A stretch of DNA of 64,000 nt. It comes from an uncultured bacterium (GTDB lineage: Bacteria; Babelota; Babeliae; Babelales; RVW-14). The notes below the pieces were generated by a model that saw nothing but the letters and a program-made list of their open reading frames with translations, was not told where the DNA came from and searched no databases. Each line of letters opens with the position of its first letter. Position 1 is the stretch's first letter. The position numbers were made by a program, and so were the translations under genes. Location: assembly GCA_963759805.1 (NCBI GenBank), contig CAVXAT010000004.1, forward strand, positions 59,483 to 123,482. The letters run 5' to 3'. Shown here in pieces: positions 39,176 to 47,754 of this stretch.

Positions 39176-40057
39176 TTATTCTACAGCACCTTTGTCTTTA
39201 AGATATTTAACGACCTCGTGATAATGGTTAGCCAGAGACAATGCAGTTTCACCAAACTTAGTTTTTAGATTAACATCTGCACCATTATCAACAAGGCACT
39301 TCACTGCATCTAAGTCGTTATTTATCGCTGCATAAAACAATGCTGTCCTTTCTAATAATCCTCTTTCGTTGGGGTTGCAGCCAGCCTTTATCAGATAAGT
39401 AATAATTTTTGGATCATGTGCATAAAAAAGTGCACTTGAACATGCACGACAATCATGAAGGAAGTAAATAGCACTACCGCGCTTAGCATTAACGGCAGCA
39501 CCATGTTTTACTAAATATTCAACAAGTTCAAAATTGTTTGCATCTGCTGCTAAATGAAGAGGCGTAAACTTTTTCGCCATACACCAAGCATTTACATTTG
39601 CACCATTATCAACCAAATATTTTGCCATATCGGTTAAATTTTCTAAAATTGCGCAATGCAGTGGTTCTATTTTGCAGGTAATAAGACCAGCGTCGCTATC
39701 GCATTTTACCTGCTTTTGAAAATTTACACTTGCCTTGTCTTTTTTTATAAATTGTTTTACTGCTATAAGATCATTCGCTTTTACAGCATCATGAATCGAA
39801 GTATAACTAGATGTCGTCTCAGATACCGCATCACGAGCCAACATAAACTGGTATTCCTCTTTGCTCTCATTTAGCGACTCACATGAATCCGTTGAGACTG
39901 AATCATGAGCCTTAATAATATTACATGAGCCCGCAGTTGTTGAATCTTTAGCCATAACTTGACTATATAAAAATACCCCCATAAAAAGTAAAACAAAATA
40001 TTTTGAAAAGTTATTCATAAAATTCCCAAATAAAAAAATAATAGAATTACAACTCAC
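39176..40057 (-). CDS. ankyrin-repeat protein with N-terminal signal/anchor
   Basis: Repeats such as TPLHLAADANNFELVEYLVKHGAAVNAK and TALFYAAINNDLDAVKCLVDNGADVNLK. An alternative start is the M at 40018. Confidence 0.8.
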   Translation of the reverse strand: MSCNSIIFLFGNFMNNFSKYFVLLFMGVFLYSQVMAKDSTTAGSCNIIKAHDSVSTDSCESLNESKEEYQFMLARDAVSETTSSYTSIHDAVKANDLIAVKQFIKKDKASVNFQKQVKCDSDAGLITCKIEPLHCAILENLTDMAKYLVDNGANVNAWCMAKKFTPLHLAADANNFELVEYLVKHGAAVNAKRGSAIYFLHDCRACSSALFYAHDPKIITYLIKAGCNPNERGLLERTALFYAAINNDLDAVKCLVDNGADVNLKTKFGETALSLANHYHEVVKYLKDKGAVE

Positions 40058-40152
40058 AGCTCAAGGATATCAATGATTTTGGTAATACGCTATGGGGCGA
40101 GGTATTTTTATGTCCGAAAAAATTCAAGAAATAATCACACTATCGACGGTAT

Positions 40153-40177
40153 GAAAAAGGGCTACAAATGCAGCCCT
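40153..40177 (-). terminator. rho-independent terminator of the 40207..40818 gene
   Basis: On the minus strand: agggct, loop gcatttgt, agccct, then ttttt. Confidence 0.55.
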
Positions 40178-40206
40178 CATCATGTGGACTAACAAAAAGC
40201 GTAACT

Positions 40207-40818
40207 TTAAGGCAACTGCTTTGCGCGGGCTTCGCCCTCTGGAATAAATCTCCAATAAACGTAGTCTATTCCGCGCGTATTGACTTTTTGGAACAATATC
40301 ACATCGATTACATCAGGTAATCCGAATTTTTGCAAAAACATTGGCTGCTGGAAAAGTGGCCAAAAAAAGTACTGATTGAGCTGTATACAGTGGAAAATTA
40401 GCCAAGTATAGGACGAGTAATCAGGTCTTAGAATTTTTGTTACTGTACTCAGGCTTTTTTTATCAACATCATATATCAAATACTTACTATCCGGAGTTAT
40501 TATGTTTCCGACATAGTACTCCCCGTTATTGCCAAACAACTCCTGCTGGATGCTCTCACCTGTTGCGCAGAGTATCTTTGTGTACTCAATTGTAAATGTG
40601 CTTGAATCCCTTAAGTATCTATTCACGGTTAACGTGAAACCACGAGGATCTTGACTATCCAACGTATATCTTAAAAACTTATCACTCTCAGCCCCAACGT
40701 TCTGGAGTCTACCTCTAAAAATTGTTACACCAGGCCGTGGAACCGGTTTAGCAGCCTTTAATGGAAGATTACTGAAAAGAACCCCTATTATTACTAAAAA
40801 TTTAAAAAATTTGTTCAT
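40207..40818 (-). CDS. secreted hypothetical protein
   Basis: 203-aa ORF with signal peptide MNKFFKFLVIIGVLFSNLPLKA. I recognise no family. Confidence 0.45.
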   Translation of the reverse strand: MNKFFKFLVIIGVLFSNLPLKAAKPVPRPGVTIFRGRLQNVGAESDKFLRYTLDSQDPRGFTLTVNRYLRDSSTFTIEYTKILCATGESIQQELFGNNGEYYVGNIITPDSKYLIYDVDKKSLSTVTKILRPDYSSYTWLIFHCIQLNQYFFWPLFQQPMFLQKFGLPDVIDVILFQKVNTRGIDYVYWRFIPEGEARAKQLP

Positions 40819-41040
40819 GACCTTATCCCCCTCGTTAAATTACTAGAAATACCAGGAACCCTGATATTTCCGGGTTCAAGAGTACTTCTTGCTTTTCTAA
40901 TTTGATTCTATCACACTTAATATATTAATTTCAATTATTTAATTTATTATTTTACTGCATTTTCCTATGAAAAAGTGGGGAGTTTTGATAGTTTATGGCA
41001 TAGTTTGGTCTAAAAACATTCAAAAATAGGAGAAATTTCG

Positions 41041-41676
41041 ATGGAAATGCAAAAAAATCCGACACCTGTTCCCCAAAATACAGTAAAAGCTGAAAAAATA
41101 TTGGTAGTTAAGCGCGCCAAAATACTTGAAGAAGATGCATTTTCTGGTTTTTTACCGATAGCAAATTTTGCAGAATACCTTGGAATTATAAATACCCATA
41201 AAGAATTTTTATGGCGTGCAGACATGGAGTTGGATGTTAATTATAAACAAATTATCCCATACTTAATTTTTAACTTCCAAGATAAGTTTTTTTTGATGCA
41301 GCGCAAAAGTACTGCAAGTGAAAGTAGATTGAAAAATAAATACTCGCTTGGAATCGGCGGACATATTAGACAAGAAGATATGCAGAATAATGATATTTTT
41401 GACTGGGCAAAGAGGGAGTTCTCCGAAGAGGTATATTATAAAGGCAATATTACAATTAAACCGATTGGTGTAATTAATGATGATAGTGATCCCGTTGGGC
41501 AAGTCCATATGGGATTTGTTTTTTTACTCACAGGTGATTCAGATAATATAAAAGTTAAATCAGAATTAAAAGATGGAACACTCTTGACTCTTGAAGAATG
41601 TGAGCATTTTTACTCATCGATGGAGAATTGGAGTCAGCTTGCGGTAAGTTATTTAAATACTTTAAAATTTAGTTAA
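41041..41676 (+). CDS. NUDIX-like hydrolase
   Basis: GIGGHIRQEDM..IFDWAKREFSEEV approximates the Nudix box GX5EX7REUXEEXGU. Confidence 0.55.
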   Translation: MEMQKNPTPVPQNTVKAEKILVVKRAKILEEDAFSGFLPIANFAEYLGIINTHKEFLWRADMELDVNYKQIIPYLIFNFQDKFFLMQRKSTASESRLKNKYSLGIGGHIRQEDMQNNDIFDWAKREFSEEVYYKGNITIKPIGVINDDSDPVGQVHMGFVFLLTGDSDNIKVKSELKDGTLLTLEECEHFYSSMENWSQLAVSYLNTLKFS

Positions 41677-41686
41677 AGGCCAGAGC

Positions 41687-43687
41687 ATGCTAAGTAAAGA
41701 ACAGATTGATGCGAAACATCTTTTATACCTAAAACACCAGGCTCTTAATTTAAGAATAGATTCTATTCGGGCAACCACGCAAAGTAAATCAGGACATCCG
41801 ACCTCCTGCCTTTCTATAGCTGATATTGTTGCAACAATTTTTTTTAATTTTTTGCGTTACGATTTAAAAAATCCAAAACATCCAAATAACGATCGGGTAA
41901 TTCTTTCCAAGGGGCATGCAATTCCGGTGATATATGCTGCATGGAAGCAGTTTGGAGTTATCAGCGACGAAGAGCTGATGTCCCTGCGTAAGTTTACTTC
42001 CCCTCTTGAGGGACATCCAACGCCGACATTTGCATACAATGAAGCTGCAACAGGGTCGTTGGGCCAAGGCCTATCTATTGGCCTGGGAATGGCGCTGGCT
42101 GCGCGCCTAGATAAATTGGATTTCACAACCTATGTTTTGATGGGTGATGGAGAAATAGCAGAGGGTTCGATCTGGGAAGCCGCAGAACTGGCTGCTTTTT
42201 ATAAAGTTGATAATTTAATTGGATTTGTTGATTGTAATCGATTAGGGCAGTCTGGACCAACATTGCATGAGCATCAAGTTCAAAATTATGTGAATAAATT
42301 CCAAGCTTTTGGCTGGAAAACATTATCTATCGACGGACATGATATTTCGCAGATAGTTGATGCAATAAATGTTGCAAAAAGTACTAAGAATCAGCCAACG
42401 ATGATTATTGCAAAAACAGTTAAGGGGTATGGCCTTGAGGGAATTGAGAATGAGGCAAATTGGCACGGCAAGCCTCTTACTCAAGAAGCTGCAGAAAAAG
42501 CAATTTCACAGCTTAAAATGACATTTAATAGACTTCTTCCGAAGCCTGGCGCGTCCGTCTACGCCAAGGCTACGACGGATGGTTCGACAAGCTCACCACG
42601 AGCGCGCCTACTTAATCCCGCTCATCCTGAGTGTTTTGCGAAGCTTGCTGAGCAAAATGTATCGAAGGATTGTCCTGCCTGCCCGCCCGGCGTAGCTACC
42701 TCGAGCGGAGCCTGGGTGCCTGCCGACCTGCTTCAAGATCCAAACAAAAAATATTTTGAAAAGAATGCGTTACTCTCAACCCGCAAAGCCTATGGATACG
42801 CCTTGCAATCACTCGGGCAAGACAATCCTGACATTGTTGCCCTTGATGCTGATGTTAGCAATTCGACTTTTTCAGATATTTTTGCCAAAACCTTTCCTGA
42901 AAGATTTATTCAGTGTTTTATTGCTGAACAGAACATGATTGGGGTTTGCGCCGGGTTGCAATCTCGTGGCAAAATTCCTTTCGCTGCCACATTTGCAGCA
43001 TTTTTAACGCGTGCTTTTGATCAGTTGCGTATGGCAGGAATTGGGCGCAATGCCTTGAGGGTCTGCGGTTCGCATTGTGGCGTTTCAATCGGGCAAGACG
43101 GGCCATCGCAGATGGGGCTTGAAGATATAGCAATGTTCAATACGATCCCAAATTCCATAATCTTGTATCCATCGGATGCTGTTTGCACTTATAAACTTAT
43201 GAATTTGTGTGCTACTTACAACGATGGCATTTCTTACTTGCGTACGACTCGTGCAGACACGCCTGTCATTTACGATCTGGACGAGAAGTTTGAAATTGGC
43301 AAATGTAAAGTCCTGCGACAGAGCGAGAAAGACGTTTGTTGCCTTGTTGCTGCAGGGATAACTTTGCACGAAGCTCTTAAAGCATACGAGCAACTAAAAT
43401 CCCAAGGCATTTCAGTTGCTGTAATTGATCTTTACTCCGTCAAGCCCATGGATATCCAAACTATACTTAAAGTTGCCCAAAAATCTGGCAATAAAATTAT
43501 TTCAGTCGAGGATCATTATATTAACGGTGGAATTGGGCAGATGCTTGCAGCCCAAATTATTAATTCTGGAATTAAACAGAAAATGCTTGGAGTTACAAAA
43601 ATTTCCAGGTCCGGAACGCCTCAAGAACTTATGCATGACGCTGGAATAGACGCTGACAGTATTATCAGAGCTGTAAAAGAATTTTAG
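41687..43687 (+). CDS. tkt: transketolase (fused N- and C-terminal halves) carrying an in-frame GC-rich repeat at the inter-domain linker
   Basis: SGHPTSCLS, GSLGQGLSIGLGMA and MGDGEIAEGSIWEA (TPP-binding) in the N-half. STRKAYGYAL...FIAEQNM..GQDGPSQMGLEDIA in the C-half. Confidence 0.9.
   Translation: MLSKEQIDAKHLLYLKHQALNLRIDSIRATTQSKSGHPTSCLSIADIVATIFFNFLRYDLKNPKHPNNDRVILSKGHAIPVIYAAWKQFGVISDEELMSLRKFTSPLEGHPTPTFAYNEAATGSLGQGLSIGLGMALAARLDKLDFTTYVLMGDGEIAEGSIWEAAELAAFYKVDNLIGFVDCNRLGQSGPTLHEHQVQNYVNKFQAFGWKTLSIDGHDISQIVDAINVAKSTKNQPTMIIAKTVKGYGLEGIENEANWHGKPLTQEAAEKAISQLKMTFNRLLPKPGASVYAKATTDGSTSSPRARLLNPAHPECFAKLAEQNVSKDCPACPPGVATSSGAWVPADLLQDPNKKYFEKNALLSTRKAYGYALQSLGQDNPDIVALDADVSNSTFSDIFAKTFPERFIQCFIAEQNMIGVCAGLQSRGKIPFAATFAAFLTRAFDQLRMAGIGRNALRVCGSHCGVSIGQDGPSQMGLEDIAMFNTIPNSIILYPSDAVCTYKLMNLCATYNDGISYLRTTRADTPVIYDLDEKFEIGKCKVLRQSEKDVCCLVAAGITLHEALKAYEQLKSQGISVAVIDLYSVKPMDIQTILKVAQKSGNKIISVEDHYINGGIGQMLAAQIINSGIKQKMLGVTKISRSGTPQELMHDAGIDADSIIRAVKEF
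42536..42730. repeat. GC-rich modular repeat, copy B (in-frame inside tkt)
   Basis: About 63% G+C by hand count over 42541-42600, against AT-rich flanks. Shares a 31-nt identity with 12195-12225. Contains the module ctcaTCCTgagtg..gtatcgaAGGAt (42621-42670). Confidence 0.8.
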
Positions 43688-44273
43688 TTGAAATTTTGCT
43701 CAAGTCCAGAGGAAAGCGTTTGTCGACTGGAAGGTTAGATCCATCAAGCGGGTACCAATTAGCCTCCCCCCTATCCCCTGAAGGGATAAACACTATTATA
43801 TGCCTTCCTGTAGGGTATGGCAGCGCTTCTTGTCTTGGTGTACAGCATGGATAACTTTTTATTTGATTGCCATTTTTATCATAAAAAGAGATAAAACATG
43901 CAGCGGGCATTTTCTCCATACAACACATCCAATAGTAGTCCAACTTTTCGCCAGGTCTATATTTAATCAAACATGAAGTAGGCTGAGGCTTTGGTGCGCT
44001 TGGATCCAACATTATTTCCATGTATTCCTGGGAATGAGAGTTGCGATCCACTTTTCTGATTTCGGTTCCGTCAAATGTATAAAAAGTTACGTACTTAGAT
44101 GTTTCTGGAATTTTTGCTGTACAATCGCCTGCGTCCATACCTTCGAAACCATCAAAGACGTAGTAAGACGAATTAGGAATTAAAGGAACTTCTTCCATAG
44201 ATAAAACATAGTTATTTGCAACGAATGCTGTTGCTAGCAGTCCGATTAATAAAAATTTTTTCTTAATATTCAT
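43665..44273 (-). CDS. secreted hypothetical protein
   Basis: 202-aa ORF with a signal peptide (LLIGLLATAFVANNYVLS), Cys-rich. Its 3' end overlaps the tkt 3' end by 23 nt. Confidence 0.45.
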   Translation of the reverse strand: MNIKKKFLLIGLLATAFVANNYVLSMEEVPLIPNSSYYVFDGFEGMDAGDCTAKIPETSKYVTFYTFDGTEIRKVDRNSHSQEYMEIMLDPSAPKPQPTSCLIKYRPGEKLDYYWMCCMEKMPAACFISFYDKNGNQIKSYPCCTPRQEALPYPTGRHIIVFIPSGDRGEANWYPLDGSNLPVDKRFPLDLSKISTKILLQL

Positions 44274-44464
44274 GAATTATCCTTTGCCATCAGCTAATTT
44301 TAAAATATCATCTTGTCGAAAGATCTTTGGTTGCGGATGAATATAATACGACTTAGATATTTTTTCAACGTCTAAAATTCGGATTTTGTTGGATTTGAGG
44401 CGATATTTTTGGCCAAAAAACATTTTTATTTACAATAATACTTATCAAAAAATACTTTTAATTT

Positions 44465-44719
44465 ATGTTGGTAATTATGGATTGTTGGTGTTTTGTAGAA
44501 AGGATTTGGATATGTGTTGCAAATTTCTTTGCTGGATTGCGGCTTTTATTGCATCAGATTGGTGCAATAAATTGGGGATTAGTTACATTTTTGAACTTTA
44601 ATCTTGTGGAGTATGTTCATAAAATGGTAGGAGTTGAGGGTTTAGATAAAATTCTCTATGGAATAATCGCAGTTGCAGGTATTTATAAATTAATTGCACT
44701 GTTCTTCTTTAGACATTAA
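44465..44719 (+). CDS. DUF378-family small membrane protein
   Basis: IGAINWGLVTFLNFNLVEYV...LYGIIAVAGIYKL matches the DUF378 GALNWGLVG..FNLV pattern. The start codon is uncertain. Confidence 0.6.
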   Translation: MLVIMDCWCFVERIWICVANFFAGLRLLLHQIGAINWGLVTFLNFNLVEYVHKMVGVEGLDKILYGIIAVAGIYKLIALFFFRH

Positions 44720-44744
44720 AACTTTAGCTATTAAGAACAAAAAA

Positions 44745-44774
44745 AGCCAGGCTGGTTTTAACATCGGCCCGGCT
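44745..44774. terminator. bidirectional terminator hairpin between DUF378 gene and murA
   Basis: agccaggc (44745-44752) pairs with gcccggct (44767-44774) with one mismatch. A-run upstream and T-run downstream. Confidence 0.55.
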
Positions 44775-44799
44775 TTTTTATTTTTAAATATTTTGATTA

Positions 44800-46095
44800 T
44801 TATTCGTTGATTTCTAGCTGTCCACCTAGTGCCCGAATCTTTATTTCTAGTTGGTCGTATCCGCGCCTCCAATGATGTAGTCCGGAGACATAGGTCTGCC
44901 CGTCTGCTGCAAGTCCGGCAAGGACAAGAGCACATGACGCACGAATATCTGTAGCGATTAATTTGCTGCCATAGAGATTTTCAACGCCACGAATGAGAGC
45001 CTGATTTCCAGCCAATGAAATTTGAGCCCCCATTTTTTGCAGCTCCTGAACATGCATAAATCTATTTTCAAAAACTGTTTCTTCAACCAAGCTTGTGCCG
45101 TTTGCAAGACATAAGGCAGCCATTGTTGGAGCTTGCAGATCGGTTGGGAAAGCCGGATATGGTCCGGTTTTTATTTTAATGCCCTGCGGTAGACTTGTTC
45201 CGGTAAGCCTGATGCCTCTAGTTGGATTATTTTCATCCGCACAGACTCCTGTTTCGACTTTGTGTCCCATCTCACGCATTTTTTCGATAAACATATCCAT
45301 GTGATCGGCTATTGCGTTAGTGACAGTTACGCAGCCTGCTGTAATTGCGGCTGTGAGTAAAAATGTTCCGGCTTCTAGTCTGTCAGGAATGATAGTATGT
45401 TGGACGGGCTTTAGTTCTTTTACCCCATTAATGTACAAAAATGCACCTTGACCGCATTTTATATCCGCACCCATTTTATTTAAAATATTGATCAGATCAA
45501 GAACTTCAGGTTCAAGTGCTGCGTTTACAATTGTTGTTTGTCCTTCAGTTAGTGTAGCAAGCATCATTAAATTTTCAGTCGCGCCAACACTTGGGTATTC
45601 AAAAATGATTCGACTGTTTAAAGGCTCTTTGCCGTTGATTTTCTCAGCATTGATGTAACAACCATCTTCTTCGATTTTAATTCCCATTTTTTTAAACCCA
45701 TTTAAATGGTAATCGATTGGACGAGCTCCTAAAACACATCCTCCGGGAAAAGCAACCCTTGCTTTTCCGAATTTGGCAAGAAGTGGTCCCATGACCAAAA
45801 TTGAGGCTCTCATTTTGTTCATTATTTCAGGCTTAACTTCAAATTGATTTAAATTTGATGTGTCAACTTTCAACTGTTTTTTTTCAATGTCAAATTCAAC
45901 TTCGGCTCCCAAGTCCTGCAGTAGCCTTATCATATGGTTGACGTCTGAAGAATTGGGAACATTATCTAATACAGACGTGCCTTTGGCCAAGATTAGCGAA
46001 CTGATAATTACTAAGACGGCATTTTTTGCTCCTGAGACTTCAACTGAACCGTGAATTTCAAGAGACTTTTTTACCAAAATGTGAGCACCCAACAT
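44800..46095 (-). CDS. murA: UDP-N-acetylglucosamine 1-carboxyvinyltransferase
   Basis: VSGAKNAVLVI near the N-terminus. 431 aa with typical MurA length and conservation (PGGCVLGARPID with the active-site Cys). Confidence 0.9.
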   Translation of the reverse strand: MLGAHILVKKSLEIHGSVEVSGAKNAVLVIISSLILAKGTSVLDNVPNSSDVNHMIRLLQDLGAEVEFDIEKKQLKVDTSNLNQFEVKPEIMNKMRASILVMGPLLAKFGKARVAFPGGCVLGARPIDYHLNGFKKMGIKIEEDGCYINAEKINGKEPLNSRIIFEYPSVGATENLMMLATLTEGQTTIVNAALEPEVLDLINILNKMGADIKCGQGAFLYINGVKELKPVQHTIIPDRLEAGTFLLTAAITAGCVTVTNAIADHMDMFIEKMREMGHKVETGVCADENNPTRGIRLTGTSLPQGIKIKTGPYPAFPTDLQAPTMAALCLANGTSLVEETVFENRFMHVQELQKMGAQISLAGNQALIRGVENLYGSKLIATDIRASCALVLAGLAADGQTYVSGLHHWRRGYDQLEIKIRALGGQLEINE

Positions 46096-46394
46096 AAATA
46101 TTCCATAAAAAAAGAGTAAAAAAATATTAACACCAATAATCCAAAGAACAAGACTAGCAGCAATTGTAATTAAATGAATAGCAAATTTTATTAAGTTTTT
46201 TAGTTTAGTCCCTTAAATTTCATTAAATCAAATATTTTGATTATTAAAATATATTATTGACTATGAGTGAGTAAAAGCTTGTAGAAGTCTATTTATATTG
46301 AAAAAAACGTATAACTTGTTACCATACTTGAACGAACTTGAACCAAAATCTTAATAAATAAAGCGAATTCGATAACTAAAGAAAAATAAAAAAA

Positions 46395-46460
46395 CCTGGA
46401 TCCCGGCCTTCCGACTTCGCTCTGCGAGCTACGACGGACAGGTCGCCGGGACGACGCCAG
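46395..46460. repeat. GC-rich repeat fragment, copy E
   Basis: cttccga...gctacgacgga is shared with 42536-42579. The internal stem is tcccggc/gccggga. Confidence 0.55.
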
Positions 46461-46560
46461 TAGAAGATCATGGCTTATTTTGGTTTACAACGAATTGTTT
46501 TTAGGCCTTAAAGTAAGCAATTAATTATCGAACTCGCGTTAAATAAATAAAGGATTTAAC

Positions 46561-47733
46561 GTGAATGCAATATTCAAGAAAATTTTTAGCAAAAAATTGT
46601 TCAGTAATTTTCTAGTATTTACACTTTTGAGTTTTGGTCTAAGTGCCTACTCTGATGATCTGTTTATCCCCTTGCTTGATAAGGTGGATAGAGCCAAGCT
46701 GGAGTTTAACGATTTATACAAATATTTTTTGGATCAGAATCCGGAAGAATTCAAAGCTTCCAATGAAAATTTTAAATTAAAGTCAAATATTACAGGACAC
46801 ATTCTAGAAAATGGTCCGGTCTTGCTGAATCTTATTAGCTTGCTTAATAAAAATAAAAAAAATGATTCTATAGGACTTTTGCTTTTGCGTAAGTTGAACA
46901 GATATCTTTATTTAGAGTTTAGGCATTTTGTGGGCCTCTTAAATGTTAATAAAAAATATGAAGGACGTCTGATTGGCCTTTTGCATGATTTTTATAAATT
47001 TAAAGTGCCTGCACAAGTTGGTTCTATTGAGGAGAGTTTAAAATACGAATACCCATTTCAGGCAACAATTTCAAAAGCAATGATTTTTATACTGATTATT
47101 AATGCATCAAGTCTTAATTATGACGAAAAGGTTGAAAATGTAGCATATTTTCTTGATAAGATACGTAGGGAGTTGCTTGAAATTAAAAAATGTTATGATA
47201 ATTGTAATTTGAGAATAGCAGATGTTAATGATTTTGTTGAATTACTACAGACGTATGCCGCAAAGGAGCCAATTTTGGGTCCAAATTATTTGAAACGAAT
47301 TTTTATTGCTGTTATTATTGTTGCTGCAATTATATTGGTTGTGTGGCTTGCCTGGAACAAGGTTTTGCGGGGGCAAATTGAAAATAAAATTGGAGAAGGA
47401 TGGGAAGTTGTTTCGGATAAGTTGAAAAAATTAATAAAATCATTTGGTGGCCTTTTCGTAGAAGGTGCGCTTGAGCATGTAGATTCAGATAAAGTCCAAG
47501 CTGGAATTAGAAAAAGCGTGGGAACTGCTTTAAACACAGTGTATGAATCTGGGGCTAGAGTTGTGCCAGGGTGCCCAATTGTTCCGATGCGAATTGACAT
47601 TTCTGACAAAGTGTCTGATGATCGTGCCCACACCAGCGCTCCAGAACCTAGAACTGATCCTGATGCTGCTGTAGGACCCGGGGAAGCAGAAGCCCCCGTG
47701 GGAAGAAATTGGTTGAGTTGGTTTGGGTGGTGA
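46561..47733 (+). CDS. hypothetical membrane protein, tandem paralog 1
   Basis: Signal peptide, helical N-domain, central TM helix (IFIAVIIVAAIILVVWLAW) and a Pro/Gly/Trp-containing tail ending WLSWFGW. Clearly similar to the next ORF. Confidence 0.6.
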   Translation: MNAIFKKIFSKKLFSNFLVFTLLSFGLSAYSDDLFIPLLDKVDRAKLEFNDLYKYFLDQNPEEFKASNENFKLKSNITGHILENGPVLLNLISLLNKNKKNDSIGLLLLRKLNRYLYLEFRHFVGLLNVNKKYEGRLIGLLHDFYKFKVPAQVGSIEESLKYEYPFQATISKAMIFILIINASSLNYDEKVENVAYFLDKIRRELLEIKKCYDNCNLRIADVNDFVELLQTYAAKEPILGPNYLKRIFIAVIIVAAIILVVWLAWNKVLRGQIENKIGEGWEVVSDKLKKLIKSFGGLFVEGALEHVDSDKVQAGIRKSVGTALNTVYESGARVVPGCPIVPMRIDISDKVSDDRAHTSAPEPRTDPDAAVGPGEAEAPVGRNWLSWFGW

Positions 47734-47754
47734 GTAAAAAAGGAATAGGTAGCA

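Noticed and set aside
42536-42730. Intein or intron as an explanation for the in-frame inserts in tkt and tamB
   Set aside because: The inserts encode only about 55-65 aa and have no intein blocks (no N-terminal Cys/Ser splice junction, no C-terminal HN). The same DNA occurs intergenically in both orientations, which fits a repeat element.
46096-46215. In-frame hydrophobic extension upstream of murA (..KFAIHLITIAASLVLWIIGVNIFLLFFYGIF-MLGAH..)
   Set aside because: There is no ATG, GTG or TTG start between the upstream TAA (46213-46215) and the annotated ATG. MurA begins normally at MLGAHILVKK...SGAKNA.
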